A stretch of 40,466 nucleotides of DNA from Tubiluchus corallicola. Lineage: Eukaryota > Animalia > Priapulida. Positions within the stretch are counted from its first letter, which is position 1. The number at the start of each line of letters is the position of its first letter. The notes beneath the pieces were generated by a model. The model searched no databases. It saw only the letters and a program-made list of their open reading frames with translations, and was not told the origin of the DNA. The translations under genes were made by a program, and so were the position numbers. Positions 36,892-40,466 of the stretch are shown piece by piece. The stretch is taken from the NCBI GenBank assembly GCA_030141605.1, contig JAQGDQ010001449.1, forward strand, positions 1 through 40,466. Direction: 5' to 3'.

Positions 36892-37917
36892 TTACATTAA
36901 GTACATATTAAAAAATGAATCTGTGTCAAACATTTTTGCAAATTTAGAGGGCATTTGAAATTTGAAAGCTTCCAAATAAAGCCTATCTAAAAGAATAGTA
37001 GGCAAATGTAAATCTACAACTAGTTGCTGTAGTTTAGAGGCAGATGTATCATCAAAGCAAATTTTCTTTGCCAGTTCTCTAACACACAGTTGCTGTAAGT
37101 CACTAGTAACACAACCATACAGTTTTCCAACTAGATTTTGGATATCCGCACAGATTCTAAACTCTGGAAAGTACTCTAATTGTTCCTTAAGTTCATCTTC
37201 AATGCTTGAATCATCAAAGAGACCATTGTCTACTAGTGAAGATAAGTGATTATATTTCTCTTTGTATTTCTGAGTTTGATCACAATACGAGAGCTCTCCT
37301 TGCCTGATGAGGAAGAACATGAGAGGAGAAAATTCCATCCCTAATCCCAACCTTCTGCTTTGATAAAAAATTGCTCTAATTCCTGTCTTTGCACCATAGT
37401 GGATCAATTCTCTTGCTGTTGTAAAATCTCCACGAGACATGCTTAAATGCAGAGGACCACAATAGCTTTCAACACGCAATACAGGTAAATGAACATGGCA
37501 ATGTGCATTGACGTCTGCACCCGCTTCACATAGTAACCGCAACAGCGTTGTCTCACATGGAGTTTTACCTACAAGAGCGTTTATAATAGTTTTACCTCTA
37601 CAAGTTGCATTAACATTCGCCCCATAGCTGATGAAGAGCCGAATGAGTGTTTCTATTTGTTCTTTATATATTTGTTCTTGATGAATTTGTTGCCAGTCTG
37701 CTCCAATAATGGGAAATGAACCAACATGATACAATTCCCATTCTAGATATAAGGAAAGCAGCGTCTGGAATGGAGACTCATCGAGTGTGTCAAGTTTCAG
37801 GTTTAAGTTTGCTCCATGTTCAATTAAACACAGGATTAAAGGGTTTATGACTGGCACATGCAAGGACCAGTCATACTTATATTTTTTCACTGACTGCTGT
37901 CTGCCGATATGAAACAT
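36892..37917 (-). CDS. Ankyrin-repeat and SOCS-box (ASB-like) ORF with its N-terminus replaced by RT-derived sequence; chimeric gene or pseudogene
   Basis: Ankyrin ends LIEHGANLN, FISYGANVN, LCEAGADVN and GPLHLS..ELIHYGA. SOCS box SDLQQLCVRELAKKI...LHLPTILLDRL. First in-frame ATG at 37917. AATAAA on the minus strand at 36735-36740. Confidence 0.75.
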   Translation of the reverse strand: MFHIGRQQSVKKYKYDWSLHVPVINPLILCLIEHGANLNLKLDTLDESPFQTLLSLYLEWELYHVGSFPIIGADWQQIHQEQIYKEQIETLIRLFISYGANVNATCRGKTIINALVGKTPCETTLLRLLCEAGADVNAHCHVHLPVLRVESYCGPLHLSMSRGDFTTARELIHYGAKTGIRAIFYQSRRLGLGMEFSPLMFFLIRQGELSYCDQTQKYKEKYNHLSSLVDNGLFDDSSIEDELKEQLEYFPEFRICADIQNLVGKLYGCVTSDLQQLCVRELAKKICFDDTSASKLQQLVVDLHLPTILLDRLYLEAFKFQMPSKFAKMFDTDSFFNMYLM

Positions 37918-37989
37918 ATCAACAATGAAAAATATAAACAAAATTGGTGATGTGACTGACCCTTGTGGAACACCTAGATTACATCTACG

Positions 37990-40466
37990 TTGAATAGAAA
38001 TATTACAAAATACAGAACACTATGGCAATTGTTAATCGACAAAACAAACATATTTTCTTACTAGGAGACTATAATATAAATTTAATAAACCATGCTTCTC
38101 ACAACGAAACCGGACACTTTTTAGACACAATGCTGACCAATTATCTGTTTCCTACTGTTACAAGACCAACAAGAATTACGCCTTATTCAGCAACACTAAT
38201 TGATAATATATTTACGAATGCACTAGATTATAAGTATAAATCAGGTATTTTTCTAACAGATATAACAGATCACCTCCCAATTTTTTTAATTATTGATCTC
38301 AAAATTGAAACATACAGTAAGGAATACGTGCACAAACATATTTATAATGTTCATATAAAAAACAAAATTATCCAAGATTTAAATCAATGTGACTGGTCAG
38401 ATTTATATTCTGCAACTAATACCGAAGACGCATACAATTTATTTCATACTAAGCTTTCTGATATCTATAACAAACATATTAAACTACAGAAAAGCAATAA
38501 CAATCATCAAGCAGCAAAAAAACCTTGGATTACTACAGCAATTTTAGTAAGTGTTAAGCGGAAAAATAAAATGTATCGTTCTCTGGTGAACAAGACAAAT
38601 AATGACATATCTGAAGTAGAATACAAACGATATAGAAATGAACTTAATACAGTTATAAAAGCATCAAAATGTCAGTATTATAGGGATAGATTGATGACAG
38701 TTAAAGATAACATAAAAAAGACATGGGATACAATGAAAGAAATTATGCATAAAGAAAGGCAAAATCGACCCATTACGTTGTTCATAAACAATAAATTAAT
38801 TAAAAATAATGTAGAGGTGGCAAATGCTTTTAACGATTACTTTGCCAATATTGGACCAATATTATCAGAACAACTTGAAAACACAAACGTAAATCCATGT
38901 ACATATCTTAAAGGTACCTACCGACAAAGCTTTTTTATTAGTGCAGTAACAGAAAATGATATAATAAATACTTGTAAATCGTTTAATCGGAATAAAGGTC
39001 CTGGTAAGGACAAAATGCTACCTAAAGTCGTAATAGACACCATTGACTACATCTGTAAACCTTTGCAATATTTAATTAATTTATCTTTTCTTACAGGTGA
39101 AATACCAACGAAATTGAAAGAATCAATTATTGTTCCTTTGTTTAAATCAGATGATCCCATGTCTCTGAACAATTATAGACCAGTGTCCTTATTGCCTTTT
39201 ATATCAAAAATATTAGAAAAAGTTTTTTACAATCAGTTATCTCATTATTTAATAAAAAAAAAGAATTCTGAGTAATAAACAATTTGGTTTCAGAAAAGGT
39301 AGCTCCACTGAAATAGCCTTAACAAAAATTATAGAAAATATCATTAATACTGTTGAAAACAATGGCACATCCTACGGAGTATTTTGCGACCTATCAAAAG
39401 CATTTGATACAGTAAACCATGACATTCTGCTAAATAAGTTGTACTATTACGGTATCAGAGGTTTGCCTCATATGTGGCTAAAGAATTATTTAACAGGGCG
39501 CACTCAGACAGTAAAATACAATAACGCTTTTTCAGATGTAACACCAATCAAATGTGGCGTGCCCCAAGGATCAGTCCTCGGGCCACTACTTTTTTAAATT
39601 TATATTAATGACATCAAATTTTGTGTTAAAAATCACAATTTATTTCAGTTTGCTGATGATACAAGCATTTTTTTTAGCTTTCATAAAATAGAAACCAATA
39701 TTGACTACATAAATACAGTTCTACATGATCTAGCTATATGGTTCAAAACAAATAAACTTTCACTAAATTCATCAAAAACAAAATACATTCTGTTTAGATC
39801 CCGAAATAAACCAATCCAGGCGAACCACGATTTAATAATAGACCATAAAAGAATTACACGTGTAAAAGAACTGAAATTTCTGGGATTAATACTGAATGAG
39901 CATCTAGACTGGCGACCACATATATTCATGATCAGATTAAAAATATCAAAAAATATAGGTATCATTTCATATATTAAAAACTTTCTGAACACCGAACATC
40001 TTCTAACATTATACAACAGTTTAATATTATCATATTTAAATTACTGCACAACATTATGGGGCTTTACTTATACTACAAATTTAGAATACTTAAGAGTTTT
40101 ACAACAAAAATTTTTACGTGTCATCTTCAAACTAGACAAAAGGAGCACAATTACTACTACACATTTTAAGCAATGTCAAATATTACTTCTGGATGATGTT
40201 ATTAATTTTAATGGATGTATATACATGTATAGAACAAACAACAACTTATTTCCAACTTTTTTTGAAAATCCAGTCAAGATAAATGTAAAAAAAATACAAT
40301 ACCAGACATAATGAATATATACCAAGACGTTGTAGAACAAATATGGCGAAACACTTCATTAGCTATATGGGACCAGTCCTATGGAACAGACTAAGCCGCA
40401 ATTCGAAATGTAGTCACTCCCTTTTAACTTTTAAAAAAACCGTCAGAAAAGAAATATTTCAAAAGT
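37990..40466 (+). mobile_element. Mirror copy of the 33421-36118 LINE (continues past the window)
   Basis: Same 5' truncation point, same premature TAA (39595-39597), and a frameshift at the A9 run near 39254. Confidence 0.93.

Larger units (their letters stand above)
33638..40466. repeat. Long inverted repeat: arms 33638-36291 and 37817-40466 (running off the window), 1525-bp spacer
   Basis: The arms are reverse complements. By eye I found 4 substitutions, one 4-bp indel and two homopolymer indels. Confidence 0.97.

Noticed and set aside
33421-40466. Composite element made from two independent LINE insertions
   Set aside because: The arms share the truncation point, the premature stop and about 170 bp of non-LINE flank, so one duplication explains them.

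Overview
This is AT-rich, intron-containing genomic DNA from an invertebrate animal; the species cannot be determined from the sequence. I reconstructed five genes or gene pieces by hand from GT-AG sites and exon phases. (1) The last 3 exons of an SLC4 anion exchanger (+, 105-2038). (2) A 4-exon, 1056-aa membrane protein I do not recognise (-, 12242-5863); the 860-aa ORF is most of its last exon. (3) An 8-exon carbonyl reductase, CBR1-like, 295 aa (-, 23879-16140). (4) Fragments of an ionotropic glutamate receptor/IR gene that lack the pore exons (+, 26477-28359). (5) An ankyrin-repeat/SOCS-box ORF (-, 37917-36892). Mobile DNA includes CR1/L2-type LINEs, a non-autonomous Helitron family, a hAT MITE and 5S rRNA-derived fragments. 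Two things stand out. First, a near-perfect inverted duplication with arms of at least 2.65 kb (33638-36291 and 37817-40466) surrounds a 1.5-kb spacer, and its breakpoint fuses a decayed reverse-transcriptase fragment in frame to the ANK-SOCS ORF. Second, several tandem arrays are amplified from local gene sequence, including about 81 copies of a 14-bp unit spanning a 3' splice site and 13 copies of a 100-bp unit spanning the SLC4 stop codon.
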